Assembly (NCBI GenBank): GCA_965222615.1
Contig: CBDCUI010000007.1
Coordinates: 288,001 to 352,000 of the forward strand
Length of the DNA stretch: 64,000 nucleotides
Source: Gammaproteobacteria bacterium
GTDB lineage: Bacteria > Pseudomonadota > Gammaproteobacteria > UBA4575
Direction: 5' to 3'
The position numbers and the translations under genes are program-made. The first letter of the stretch is position 1. The number at the start of each line of letters is the position of its first letter. Positions 20,826-30,711 of this stretch are shown piece by piece. The notes under the pieces are model-generated. The model did no database searches and was not told the DNA's origin. It was given only the letters and a program-made list of their open reading frames with translations.

Positions 20826-22298
20826 TTACAGTTCTTCGATTTCAAATTCATCAACCGGTAAAGTAAGCCCGCCAAAAGGATCCCACTTAGCCTTAACGAC
20901 TGAGCCATTACTTAGCGCAGCAAAAAAGGCCGCTGCTGTAATCGCATTATCGTTTTGATCAGAATACTGTGTAGCGCCATCGACAAAAAGCGTGCTACCT
21001 AGAACAGTTACCGATGAGTTCGCCACGATCGCTTCGACTGGACCCTGTAATTCTACTTCGGTATCTGGATCTTCACGCTCGATACGTGAAGCGACGATAT
21101 CGGTACCTATAAATGCACCGCGCATTTCAATGTAATCACCAGGCATTATGCTCGTAAGTCCAAATTGAGGAATTCTTATTGCACTCTTGTCCTCAAAACG
21201 CGTTGTAGGCGTTACGTTAATTGTTTTTCCTAATAGTGTAATGGTTTGCGCAGCAAGATTGGTTGCATCCGCATTTGCAGTAATCCTTACAAACGTGTCG
21301 GGTTTGATGATGATGCGTGTGGCTTGTAAAACATTGCCGCCATCAACAGATCCTTCCACTTCCACTTTGACATTAAGTGCAACATCTCCAACTGTAGCTA
21401 CTGTACCATTCTCAAACTGTATGACCGCTGTGCTTCCATTTACCACTTGACTATTCACTTCAAAATTAGCAATGGAATTAAATACAGTAATGATACCCTC
21501 CACTTCAACTTGCTCACCGACTGCAGCATTTACTTGCAAGCCGTCTTCAATATTTGAAGCCACAAAGGTATTTGCACCTGCATTAAAGCCAGCTCTTAAC
21601 CCAATAATTTCCACTAATGCACCGTTTGCAATCGCAACAGTTAAATTAGTTTGATTCGCTCCAGAAAAATCCACAATTAATCGTGGTCCAGGACCAAATA
21701 TTTCGAATGTATTCGCTGCTACATTTAAGTTATTTATTATACCAATGACACGGTATTGCGCTGTACCGTTACGTAAGCGAATGTAGCTTGCAACAATTTC
21801 TCCTTGAGCAGTACGCACACCGCTAATTTCAACATCATTTCCAACGGCTAGATTCTCAAATAGCACATTGTTAAAGAATGATGTGGTATCGGTAACAATA
21901 ATACGTTGATTGAGTACGGTCATTGTGCGATTAACAACATTGATAACCTGAATTGGGCCACGTACGGTCTCAGCATAATCAACTCTTGATGCAGTGCGTG
22001 CAGCAAAATTGACTTCTGCTCGAACGACTTGACCCACTTCTAAATTAGACTCAACTGCAGGTGCATCATTAATTGTAAATACTGCACCACCAGTGGCAAA
22101 TTCAATTCCGTTTAATATGATGCTAGCAAAACCATCCACTGGACCAAAACTGACACCGGTGCCACCAATACCACCGCTGTCAGCAACACTTCCACCGCCA
22201 CCGCCACCGCCACCGCCGAGGCAACCGCTTATGAAAAGAACAATCGCGACAAATATTGCGCAGATTAATTTTTTAAAATCTTTTTGCTTATTTGCCAT
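20826..22298 (-). CDS. DUF5666-repeat lipoprotein
   Basis: Lipobox ISGC, poly-Gly, GGIGGTG, repeated G.V/I...VE.EG OB-like modules. Confidence 0.85.
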   Translation of the reverse strand: MANKQKDFKKLICAIFVAIVLFISGCLGGGGGGGGGSVADSGGIGGTGVSFGPVDGFASIILNGIEFATGGAVFTINDAPAVESNLEVGQVVRAEVNFAARTASRVDYAETVRGPIQVINVVNRTMTVLNQRIIVTDTTSFFNNVLFENLAVGNDVEISGVRTAQGEIVASYIRLRNGTAQYRVIGIINNLNVAANTFEIFGPGPRLIVDFSGANQTNLTVAIANGALVEIIGLRAGFNAGANTFVASNIEDGLQVNAAVGEQVEVEGIITVFNSIANFEVNSQVVNGSTAVIQFENGTVATVGDVALNVKVEVEGSVDGGNVLQATRIIIKPDTFVRITANADATNLAAQTITLLGKTINVTPTTRFEDKSAIRIPQFGLTSIMPGDYIEMRGAFIGTDIVASRIEREDPDTEVELQGPVEAIVANSSVTVLGSTLFVDGATQYSDQNDNAITAAAFFAALSNGSVVKAKWDPFGGLTLPVDEFEIEEL

Positions 22299-23130
22299 TT
22301 TTATTCTCCTCAGTCTCTTGTTTATCGAGGGTCTCTTCCATCATATAGATACCCAACCCTATTCGAGTTTTGCCTGTCCCTTTGGCTTTGGGATTTGCAT
22401 CCCGATCACGCTTAGCCAACCATCGATCTAATCTTTCTAATAATTCTTGGCTTAACTTGGCGCTATGTTTTCTAAATGCCTCGATATGCTCAATTGGAAC
22501 ATTGTCGTAGCGGACTTTACGTTGGAAACGCGCATTTTCTAGTTTATGACTCAGATTATAGTCAATGGTTGTTATAAGATCAGCGGTGTCAGTTCCCAAT
22601 ATTTGCAACTTATCAACCTCACTATCGTTAGGGACATACCCCTTTGTTTTTAACTTCAGTCCATTTGTGCGTGTAGCTTCGATTGCATTTACTCGCATGA
22701 GCTCGTCGGCAACTGCACGAGGTGGCATATCACCACTATATTTGTTTACTAATTCACTAAAACTGCCTTTTCCTTCAAAAGGTAATACTGCGGGTGTACC
22801 TGCCTTAGTGCGATAACGCCTATCTCGCAACCAACCTGTGATCACACGCGCCGCACGGTTATAACGTTCATCTACATTGGTTTGCTCGACGGGAGGAAGC
22901 TTTTGAATCCGAGCAACTTCTTTACGATTTAAACCTGTAATCACGGAAATTCTAGAGGTAGTTTGCTTTTTATCGTCAACCTGAAAATCTTTCTCTGCAA
23001 CTTCCACGTACACTTTTCTAACGAGATCTTCAAAAGCGCCTGCTGAAACTCCATAGCGCAACAAGATACGCACCAGCGGACGCAAAATGCGTACGATTGC
23101 ATGTATAACTACTCTTGAGTGTGTTTCCAT
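22288..23130 (-). CDS. DUF6502-family protein (putative DNA-binding)
   Basis: LRPLVRILLRYG, SRISVITGLNRKEV, W..D..Y, F.RKV.Y; typical partner of DUF5666. Confidence 0.85.
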   Translation of the reverse strand: METHSRVVIHAIVRILRPLVRILLRYGVSAGAFEDLVRKVYVEVAEKDFQVDDKKQTTSRISVITGLNRKEVARIQKLPPVEQTNVDERYNRAARVITGWLRDRRYRTKAGTPAVLPFEGKGSFSELVNKYSGDMPPRAVADELMRVNAIEATRTNGLKLKTKGYVPNDSEVDKLQILGTDTADLITTIDYNLSHKLENARFQRKVRYDNVPIEHIEAFRKHSAKLSQELLERLDRWLAKRDRDANPKAKGTGKTRIGLGIYMMEETLDKQETEENKNGK

Positions 23131-23247
23131 TCACGCTATTTTACACATCGAGTCTGATTCAGTACTTAGCACTGTGATATATGAGTCAAGTGTAGTAGCA
23201 ACCCTTAAACTTATTGATCTGCAGATATATTTATAACATCGCTCCAT
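23131..23247 (-). CDS. Possible 38-aa uORF abutting the DUF6502 start
   Basis: GAGAGGAGG SD; MERCYKYICRS...MCKIA; its TGA sits directly before the next ATG. Confidence 0.35.
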   Translation of the reverse strand: MERCYKYICRSISLRVATTLDSYITVLSTESDSMCKIA

Positions 23248-23383
23248 GATTCCTCCTCTCTGGATTATTTATTTCCATACCTCTAGGCCATTTGTATATA
23301 CAACTGCGCCCTTAAACTTCCATCAAAAAACTAATTTGTGCCGATAAACAGCAAAACTAAGGCTTGCATTGTCAAATATTATA

Positions 23384-23399
23384 TGGGAATATTTTCCCA
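23384..23399. promoter_or_regulatory. Palindromic operator candidate
   Basis: TGGGAA-TATT-TTCCCA between DUF6502 and the divergent glycosyltransferase operon. Confidence 0.4.
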
Positions 23400-23548
23400 A
23401 AATCAAATGTAATAAAAATTTAATATTTGATTCTGAGGTGGTTTTTGTTAACCAATTGATTGGTAATAAGTTGTTGTAAACGCTGAGTATTTGGATAAAC
23501 CAAACAGATATAAAAAATTTAGCTACCCAGCTTATCTGAATGGATTAG

Positions 23549-24847
23549 ATGAGGAGTAGTGCTGGAATGAAAACAGTGAATAACAATAAATCATTTAGAA
23601 AATACTACGAGTTAAAGAAAATACTCGTGTATTCGCATGACACATTTGGTCTCGGCAATATTCGACGTATGACCGCTATTGCGGAAGATTTAGTTAACAG
23701 GAACCCGCACTGGACCATTCTTATTTTATCCGGCTCACCTATGTTGCAATCATTTAGGTTATCTCCGCGAATCGATTACGTAAAGCTACCCTGCCTTAAA
23801 CGAGATACATCAGGTCATTATGGTGTGAAGTCGCTTGGACTATCGATGGATAAAACCATTCAACTACGTGCAAATATTATTAATTGTACTGTGCAAGAGT
23901 ATCAACCCGATCTTGTCCTTACCGACAAAAAACCTTTTGGCATACAAAAAGAACTTGAACCTGCTTTTCGTTGGTTAAAATTTCGCAATGCACCTACAAA
24001 ATTAGTACTTTTGCTTCGCGATATTCTTGATGACCCCAGTATAACCATCCCTATTTGGGAAAAGAATCAATACCATGAAATTATTCGTGATCTGTATGAT
24101 TCAATTTTAGTAGTAGGCGAACAAGGAATCTATGACTTAGGCAAGGAGTACCAATTTCCTAAAAGCAGTTTAGAAAAATTACATTATTGTGGATATTTAA
24201 ATAAATCACCTAAAGGATCTATGAAACCTAAACAAGAAACTGAACTACCAAACGTTATGGTTACACCCGGTGGCGGTGAAGATGGCACAATACTATTAAA
24301 ATATTTTCTAAAAGGATTTAAATCATATCATGTCCATGCTCGTTTCAATTGTTATTTGTTACTTGGTCCTGAATTGCCAGATAAAACTGCCAAACAAGCT
24401 AGAGAAATCGCAGAAGATTTCCCTAATATTTATGTAAAAGATTTCAGTAACGACCCTATTCAGCTTATACAAAAAGCTGACTTGATTGTATCAATGGCCG
24501 GATACAACACGGTGTGTGAGTGTCTTTCTCTTAACAAACGTGCTGTGGTTGTGCCTCGTACGACACCTTCAAAAGAACAATATCTACGTGCACAACTCAT
24601 GCAAGATGCAAAATTGTTGAAGTTCATAGAACCTACACAGCTCACGTCTAGTTATCTAATGGAGACCATACTGGATGAATTAAACACACAAAACAAATAT
24701 CCCAAAAGACAGAAAACGTTAACCTTATCCGGCTTAGAAAAAGTATCACTACATATTAATGAACTGCTGGCTTTTGCTGACGATGCTCCACTAAGTGAAG
24801 TTGGCATCAAGGTAGCTGACTACTCTATAGCAGCACGAAGCCACTAG
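23549..24847 (+). CDS. GT-B glycosyltransferase (GT28-C-terminal-like)
   Basis: YSHDTFGLGNIRR, TPGGGEDG, SMAGYNT, EQ..RA. Confidence 0.88.
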   Translation: MRSSAGMKTVNNNKSFRKYYELKKILVYSHDTFGLGNIRRMTAIAEDLVNRNPHWTILILSGSPMLQSFRLSPRIDYVKLPCLKRDTSGHYGVKSLGLSMDKTIQLRANIINCTVQEYQPDLVLTDKKPFGIQKELEPAFRWLKFRNAPTKLVLLLRDILDDPSITIPIWEKNQYHEIIRDLYDSILVVGEQGIYDLGKEYQFPKSSLEKLHYCGYLNKSPKGSMKPKQETELPNVMVTPGGGEDGTILLKYFLKGFKSYHVHARFNCYLLLGPELPDKTAKQAREIAEDFPNIYVKDFSNDPIQLIQKADLIVSMAGYNTVCECLSLNKRAVVVPRTTPSKEQYLRAQLMQDAKLLKFIEPTQLTSSYLMETILDELNTQNKYPKRQKTLTLSGLEKVSLHINELLAFADDAPLSEVGIKVADYSIAARSH

Positions 24848-24848
24848 A

Positions 24849-26108
24849 ATGAGCAATTCATCTTACAAAGTTGCTGTATTGGTTAAACGATACCCCAAGA
24901 TATCGGAAACATTCATACTTCAAGAAATTCTGGCTTTAGAACGGCGAAATTTTCAGATTTGTCTGTATTCTTTATATAAACCTAGCGATTCACTTGTTCA
25001 TGAATCAGTAAAACAAGTTCAGGCTGTCGTACATTATTTAGAAATGAACAAGCTTAAATTTCTCTATATAGCTGCACCTCATCATTTACTATTGTTATTC
25101 CGCAACCCAGTACGTTACGTTCAAGCCTTGTGGAATTTTTTATTAATAAATGAACCATATAAATTAGAAAGCTTTGCTAAGGCAGGAATAATAGCCAACC
25201 TTATATTAGAAAATAAAATTGATCATTTACATGCTCATTTTATTGATTTTCCAGCTACTGTTGCAGAACTAGCGTCATCATTTTCAGGTATACCCTTCAG
25301 CATGTCTGCACATGCAAAAGATATCTGGCTTAGCTCTGCAGATTCACTTAAACGAAAATTATTACGGGCGTCCTTCACGGTTACCTGTACAGAATTGAAC
25401 CAGCAATATCTCGCTAAAATCACAAATAATCATGCCAATATAACACGCGCATATCATGGAATTGATAATAATAAATTTTGCCCACCTCACACGAAAACAG
25501 AACTTATTCCTCCACTTATATTAAGCATTGGCAGATATCGCACAAAAAAAGGTTTCCCAACTCTAATTGAGGCATGCCGACTATTACATAAGGAGAATTA
25601 TGCGTTCAAATGTAAAATTGTTGGTTATGGCTCTGAACACAGCGTACTACAAAAACAAATTGATGCTGCTCAGTTATCTTCACATATCGAGCTAACAGGC
25701 CAACTCGATCATATTGCAATACTAGATTTATATCGTTGTGCATCGGTATTCGTTCTGCCATGTCAGGTAAAAGAAAATGGTGATCGCGATGGAATCCCAA
25801 ATGTGCTGTTGGAAGCTATGTCGGTAGGCCTGCCAGTAATTACAACCAACATCTCTGCAATTCCTGAGTTAATCCAGCATCAAGAAAATGGTTTATTGGT
25901 AGAACCTAAAAACCCAATACAACTTGCAAATGCCATTAAGACTTTGCTTGACAATCCAACTCTGCAGAAATCACTAAGTAAATCTGCAAGACAAGATGTA
26001 AAAAGACGCTTCAATACAGACAACAACATAACGATATTAGCTAACTTACTTAAAAAAACAATTCAAGTTAAGACTACTGGAAGTATTCTTCGTGAGAGGG
26101 CTTTATGA
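24849..26108 (+). CDS. GT4 glycosyltransferase
   Basis: YPKISETFI..E, HLHAHF, AHAKDI, RDGIPNVLLEAM. Confidence 0.92.
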   Translation: MSNSSYKVAVLVKRYPKISETFILQEILALERRNFQICLYSLYKPSDSLVHESVKQVQAVVHYLEMNKLKFLYIAAPHHLLLLFRNPVRYVQALWNFLLINEPYKLESFAKAGIIANLILENKIDHLHAHFIDFPATVAELASSFSGIPFSMSAHAKDIWLSSADSLKRKLLRASFTVTCTELNQQYLAKITNNHANITRAYHGIDNNKFCPPHTKTELIPPLILSIGRYRTKKGFPTLIEACRLLHKENYAFKCKIVGYGSEHSVLQKQIDAAQLSSHIELTGQLDHIAILDLYRCASVFVLPCQVKENGDRDGIPNVLLEAMSVGLPVITTNISAIPELIQHQENGLLVEPKNPIQLANAIKTLLDNPTLQKSLSKSARQDVKRRFNTDNNITILANLLKKTIQVKTTGSILRERAL

Positions 26109-27430
26109 ATAAAAAGCCCCATGCTGAAGTTGCATACATATTAAAAGGCTTTCCTCGGCTTTCAGAAACCTTCATTAGTAATGAAATTTTACTCCTTGAG
26201 AAAATGAATCTTCCCCTAAGAATTTATTCGATTAAAAAAGGTGATGAAACCAATGTTCAGAATATACATGAACAACTTTTATCTCCTTTGCGTTATCTTC
26301 CAAATACAAGCTCTCTTTCTGCCACAACTTTATGGGTGTGGTTGGTTAAAAACCTCCCTCAATACGTAATGCCAAATTTAGCATTATGTATGCGACATCC
26401 AATTCGTTACTTTAGTACGTTGAAAATTGCTATTACCATGTGCAGCCAGTATCGAAGCATGACTACTGGAGCTATTAAAAAAGTATTTATAAAAGAGTTT
26501 CTACAAGCAGCATACATCGCCGATGACATATTAAAAAATGATAAAAATATTGCCCATATTCACGGTCATTTTTGTCACGGTGCCACAACAATCACTTGGT
26601 TTATCAGCAAATTAACAGCAAAGCCATACAGTTTTACTGCACATGCCAAAGACATTTACCAAGCACACTTAAACCCAGGCGACTTACTTAAGAGAAAATT
26701 AGATTCTGCCAAATTTGTAACGACTTGTACTAGCAGTAACAAAGATTATTTAGATAAAGCGAGTAATTACAAAACACCCATCCACAAAGTCTATCATGGT
26801 CTAAACACTGCTTTATTCCATCCAAATAATTCAAATTCTAAGTCTAATTCAAAACATTTGATCCTTTCTGTTGGACGACTAGTACATAAAAAAGGATTCA
26901 CACATTTAATAGATGCCTGTGCAGTCCTTAATCAACGTGGCATTACTATTAAGTGTCTTATCATTGGTGAAAAAGGAGACGCATATAAGGAAATCATACA
27001 GCGCATTGCAGATCAAAAACTCGAGCAGATTGTCGAAATCCGCCCGGCAATTGCACAACACGAACTACGAGAATTTTATCAAAAGGCGACTGTTTTTACC
27101 CTGCCATGTCAGATTATGGAAGATGGTGATAGAGACGGCATACCTAATGTAATTGTTGAAGCCATGGCCATGGGTTTGCCAGTAGTGTCCACAAATATCT
27201 CCGGCATACCTGAAATCATCAAGCATGAGCAAACGGGCCTTCTAAGTGAAGAAAAAAATGCTATTCCACTAGCTGATAATATCGAAAGAGTATTAAAAGA
27301 TATCAATCTCCAAAAGCATTTATCTAAAAACGCACGACAAGAAGTATGTAAACACTTCGACTCATCGGAAACCACCTATTACCTGAAAACCCTTTTCGAA
27401 AAGTCGATTTCTGAGACAGCTTTAGCGTGA
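26105..27430 (+). CDS. GT4 glycosyltransferase (paralog)
   Basis: FPRLSETFI..E, HGHF, AHAKDIY, RDGIPNVIVEAM. Confidence 0.92.
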   Translation: MNKKPHAEVAYILKGFPRLSETFISNEILLLEKMNLPLRIYSIKKGDETNVQNIHEQLLSPLRYLPNTSSLSATTLWVWLVKNLPQYVMPNLALCMRHPIRYFSTLKIAITMCSQYRSMTTGAIKKVFIKEFLQAAYIADDILKNDKNIAHIHGHFCHGATTITWFISKLTAKPYSFTAHAKDIYQAHLNPGDLLKRKLDSAKFVTTCTSSNKDYLDKASNYKTPIHKVYHGLNTALFHPNNSNSKSNSKHLILSVGRLVHKKGFTHLIDACAVLNQRGITIKCLIIGEKGDAYKEIIQRIADQKLEQIVEIRPAIAQHELREFYQKATVFTLPCQIMEDGDRDGIPNVIVEAMAMGLPVVSTNISGIPEIIKHEQTGLLSEEKNAIPLADNIERVLKDINLQKHLSKNARQEVCKHFDSSETTYYLKTLFEKSISETALA

Positions 27431-29322
27431 GCAACATAGAACCAATACATGGTGCCATACACGCACTCAAGCCAAACTATCAAAGTCTAAGCGACACAGC
27501 GTTGCTAGATCATTTCATTAAACGTTCACCTCCTAATTATTTCCCAGTAATTGATAGAGAACTTTGCCGACCAAATAAAATAAATCAGATCTTAGATAAT
27601 AAATTTGAGTTTAATTGTGAAACTCATGTTTTACCTGATCCAATTAATTGGCTGCATAATCCAAGCGAAGACATCGAATGGCATATCTTTCTACATAAAT
27701 TCTATTACGCAGTAGGTCTGGGTCTTGCCCATCGCCGTACTTATGAAAATAAATATCTACAAAAATGGCTGTATCTAATAAATACATGGATTGAACAAAC
27801 CGAACCAGGATTTATAGCAAGTGATGTAACGGGCAGACGTATTCAAAACTGGATTTACTCGTTTTATTTTTTTGTGGAATACCCCGAATACCCTTGCGTA
27901 TCTGCCTCTTTTTTACGTAAATTTCTTGATTCACTATATATACAAGTTAATTACTTAATTAATAACCTTGCACCCAGTCGCAATCATAGAACAATAGAAC
28001 TCTATAGTATTTTTCTTGCAGCCGTAGTATTCCCAGAGTTGCAGCAGTCAGACGAATGGCTTAATTTTTCCACACAAGAACTAGAGAAAAATATTCATAA
28101 CGACTTTTTAAATGACGGCGTACATTGTGAGCTTTCTACAGACTATCATCACCTTGCTTTACTAAATCTTCTCAACTTTCGCAGACTTGCACTGCTAAAC
28201 AACATAGAAGTAAGTCAAAAAAGCGACCATAAACTTAAAAAAGCCTTAAGGTTTGCTAAACATGCACAAAAACCTGATGGAATCGTACCATCATTCAGCG
28301 ATGGTGACGCACGCTGCCACAGTAAAGTACTGCATCGAGGTTACACAATTTACCAAGATGAAGAATTACGTTTTTGTACAACGTTAGGCACAATGGGTAC
28401 ACCTCCTAAAACTAAGACTGCCGCATTTCCATCCAGTGGTTACTACATGATGCGAAGCGGTTGGGGTGATAAAAATGCACGATTCTTAATGTGTGATTGC
28501 GGACCATTAGGAGCAGGTAATCATGGTCATTTAGATGCTTTAAGTTTTGAAGCTGCAGCATATGGGCGTTCGCTAATAGTAGACCCAGGTCGTTACACAT
28601 ATTTTGAAGAAGGCCAATACAATTGGCGCAAACATTTTAGACAAACTACTGCACATAACACCGTTGTTATTAACAATGAAAACCAAACCTGTTATCAAAC
28701 CATACCCGATAAACAACGCCTAAGGATAGTGGGACCATATGCTGAATCTCATTGTGACTGCTTCAAGGAAGCTGACGATTATGTGTTTTTTTCTGGACAT
28801 GTTAAAAGCCCGATGTATGAAGCAATACATACACGTAAAATTATTTTTATTCGTGGTCAATACTGGCTCATTGTTGATAAGTTAACCGCACATGAATCGC
28901 ATAATTATGAACTACAATTCCAGCTATCTGAGGCAGCACAAAAATGCACTACTCTAAAATATTATAATCAAACTGTATCCTATATCTCGCCGAATTTAGT
29001 TTTATCTCAAGCCCTCCATAACCAAGACCATCATGCTATTAAGCAAGGTTTTGTTTCTTATACCTATGGAAAAAAATACAAAGCACCAATCATAAGTACA
29101 ACTTGTCATGCCAAAAATAAATGCTTTATAAGTTTAATATATCCATTTAAAAATGATACGCCTGAAATCGAATTGCAACTAGAAAACTCAACTAATAACG
29201 ATGCTCTCACTGTAAAGATACAGATTAAATCATTCGATCATCGATATTGCGATCACATTACATTATCGCAATTGTCTAATGATATTAAGTTAATACAGCG
29301 ATTTGTTAAATCTAGCAAATGA
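27427..29322 (+). CDS. Heparinase II/III-like protein
   Basis: NH..E, DG.H.ELS..YH, HGHLDALSFE, DPG.Y.Y, T.AHNT. Confidence 0.88.
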   Translation: MSNIEPIHGAIHALKPNYQSLSDTALLDHFIKRSPPNYFPVIDRELCRPNKINQILDNKFEFNCETHVLPDPINWLHNPSEDIEWHIFLHKFYYAVGLGLAHRRTYENKYLQKWLYLINTWIEQTEPGFIASDVTGRRIQNWIYSFYFFVEYPEYPCVSASFLRKFLDSLYIQVNYLINNLAPSRNHRTIELYSIFLAAVVFPELQQSDEWLNFSTQELEKNIHNDFLNDGVHCELSTDYHHLALLNLLNFRRLALLNNIEVSQKSDHKLKKALRFAKHAQKPDGIVPSFSDGDARCHSKVLHRGYTIYQDEELRFCTTLGTMGTPPKTKTAAFPSSGYYMMRSGWGDKNARFLMCDCGPLGAGNHGHLDALSFEAAAYGRSLIVDPGRYTYFEEGQYNWRKHFRQTTAHNTVVINNENQTCYQTIPDKQRLRIVGPYAESHCDCFKEADDYVFFSGHVKSPMYEAIHTRKIIFIRGQYWLIVDKLTAHESHNYELQFQLSEAAQKCTTLKYYNQTVSYISPNLVLSQALHNQDHHAIKQGFVSYTYGKKYKAPIISTTCHAKNKCFISLIYPFKNDTPEIELQLENSTNNDALTVKIQIKSFDHRYCDHITLSQLSNDIKLIQRFVKSSK

Positions 29323-29330
29323 GTTGAATC

Positions 29331-30707
29331 ATGAGTACAGCGCGAATTACCCAGCACAGTCGTTATATTCCAAATGACACAAGGCTGTTTAATCTTGAAT
29401 TTGTACTAGATTCAAATTATATGACACCAATATTAAGCAAATACATGAATATTGATACGTCCTCTCATTTCAGTATTGAACGTGTTAAATACAAGCCCAA
29501 AAAGAATTGCTTAATATGCTATCGACAAAACAATAAAGATAGTTCAAGCAATCTGATTGATATCACTGCAATGGTTTATCCACCCGGTGAATCCCAAAAA
29601 AGATTTGAAAAAGCCAATCTCGCCATATTTGAAACCAACGCTGTCCAACATATTCCGCATTTAGATATGGTAATCTGGAAGTTCCCATATGAACGTAAGC
29701 TTATACATTTACCCAAATTATTCGACTTAGACTATTTAAACTCACAGGTATTTCCTGATCTCATTACGAAAGCAAAAGGTACAGAGTGGCGCTTAAGTGA
29801 CTCTGAAATCCAGCTCGTTCACTATGTACCGGAACACAACTGTACAGTCCGTGCAGATCTAACTTTACGTAATAAACATAGCGGCCGCATAACAGACTTA
29901 ACGGTGTATGGAAAAACGTATTACAACGATCAAGGCACTCACACCTTTCACACTATGGAACAGATATATTCAAAAAATAACTCAAGTTTATCTGCCAATC
30001 CTTTATTATATCAAGAAAGCTATAAAACCCTCTGGCAAGAAGCTGTACCTGGCACACCCTTAGAGATCAGTTTAAATTCAAACTACTGTTATCAAAACCT
30101 AAAACATGCAGCTAATGCGATTTTACAGCTACATCAAACGACTGTTAATTGTTCTACAATTATCGATGAGACATATTTCATAAATCAGCTAAATCGCACT
30201 GAAGCGGCGCTTTCCACTTCGTCTACAGATTATCTCGCACAATTTATTCGAATAAAGGATTCGTTATTAAAAAATATTCCAAAACATTGTTTCGAAAATC
30301 TAAACACTCTTCATGGCGACTTACACCCGAACAATATTTTAATCTCAGACAATTCAGTTTACCTAATCGATTTAGATAGCACCTGTCTTGGGCCTGCATA
30401 TGCAGACATAGGTAGCTGGTGTGCAGCCATATTGTACCAAGCCCTTCTAAAAAAACATGGCCTTAGTAATGCCAATAAAAAGCTTTCTTATTTTTTACAA
30501 AACTATTTTAAAGGCTCAAGCCTAGTTGAAGATCAAGCGGCTCTAAAATGGTTTACGACAATGGCATTAATTAATGAACGCATTTTTCGTTGTGCCACAC
30601 GCCTGAAAATAGGTCGAAATAATACATTTTTCGAATTGCTCAAACTCGCACAAAAAACATGCCAGAACTTTCAAAAAAATTACCTCTCATCGGTTACGGC
30701 AAGTTAG
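29331..30707 (+). CDS. APH/choline-kinase-like phosphotransferase
   Basis: LHGDLHPNN, IDLD, D.G. Confidence 0.85.
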   Translation: MSTARITQHSRYIPNDTRLFNLEFVLDSNYMTPILSKYMNIDTSSHFSIERVKYKPKKNCLICYRQNNKDSSSNLIDITAMVYPPGESQKRFEKANLAIFETNAVQHIPHLDMVIWKFPYERKLIHLPKLFDLDYLNSQVFPDLITKAKGTEWRLSDSEIQLVHYVPEHNCTVRADLTLRNKHSGRITDLTVYGKTYYNDQGTHTFHTMEQIYSKNNSSLSANPLLYQESYKTLWQEAVPGTPLEISLNSNYCYQNLKHAANAILQLHQTTVNCSTIIDETYFINQLNRTEAALSTSSTDYLAQFIRIKDSLLKNIPKHCFENLNTLHGDLHPNNILISDNSVYLIDLDSTCLGPAYADIGSWCAAILYQALLKKHGLSNANKKLSYFLQNYFKGSSLVEDQAALKWFTTMALINERIFRCATRLKIGRNNTFFELLKLAQKTCQNFQKNYLSSVTAS

Positions 30708-30711
30708 TACC

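Noticed and set aside
22192-22217. (CCACCG)n tandem repeat
   Set aside because: It encodes the poly-Gly linker after the lipobox, which is usual in DUF5666 lipoproteins.
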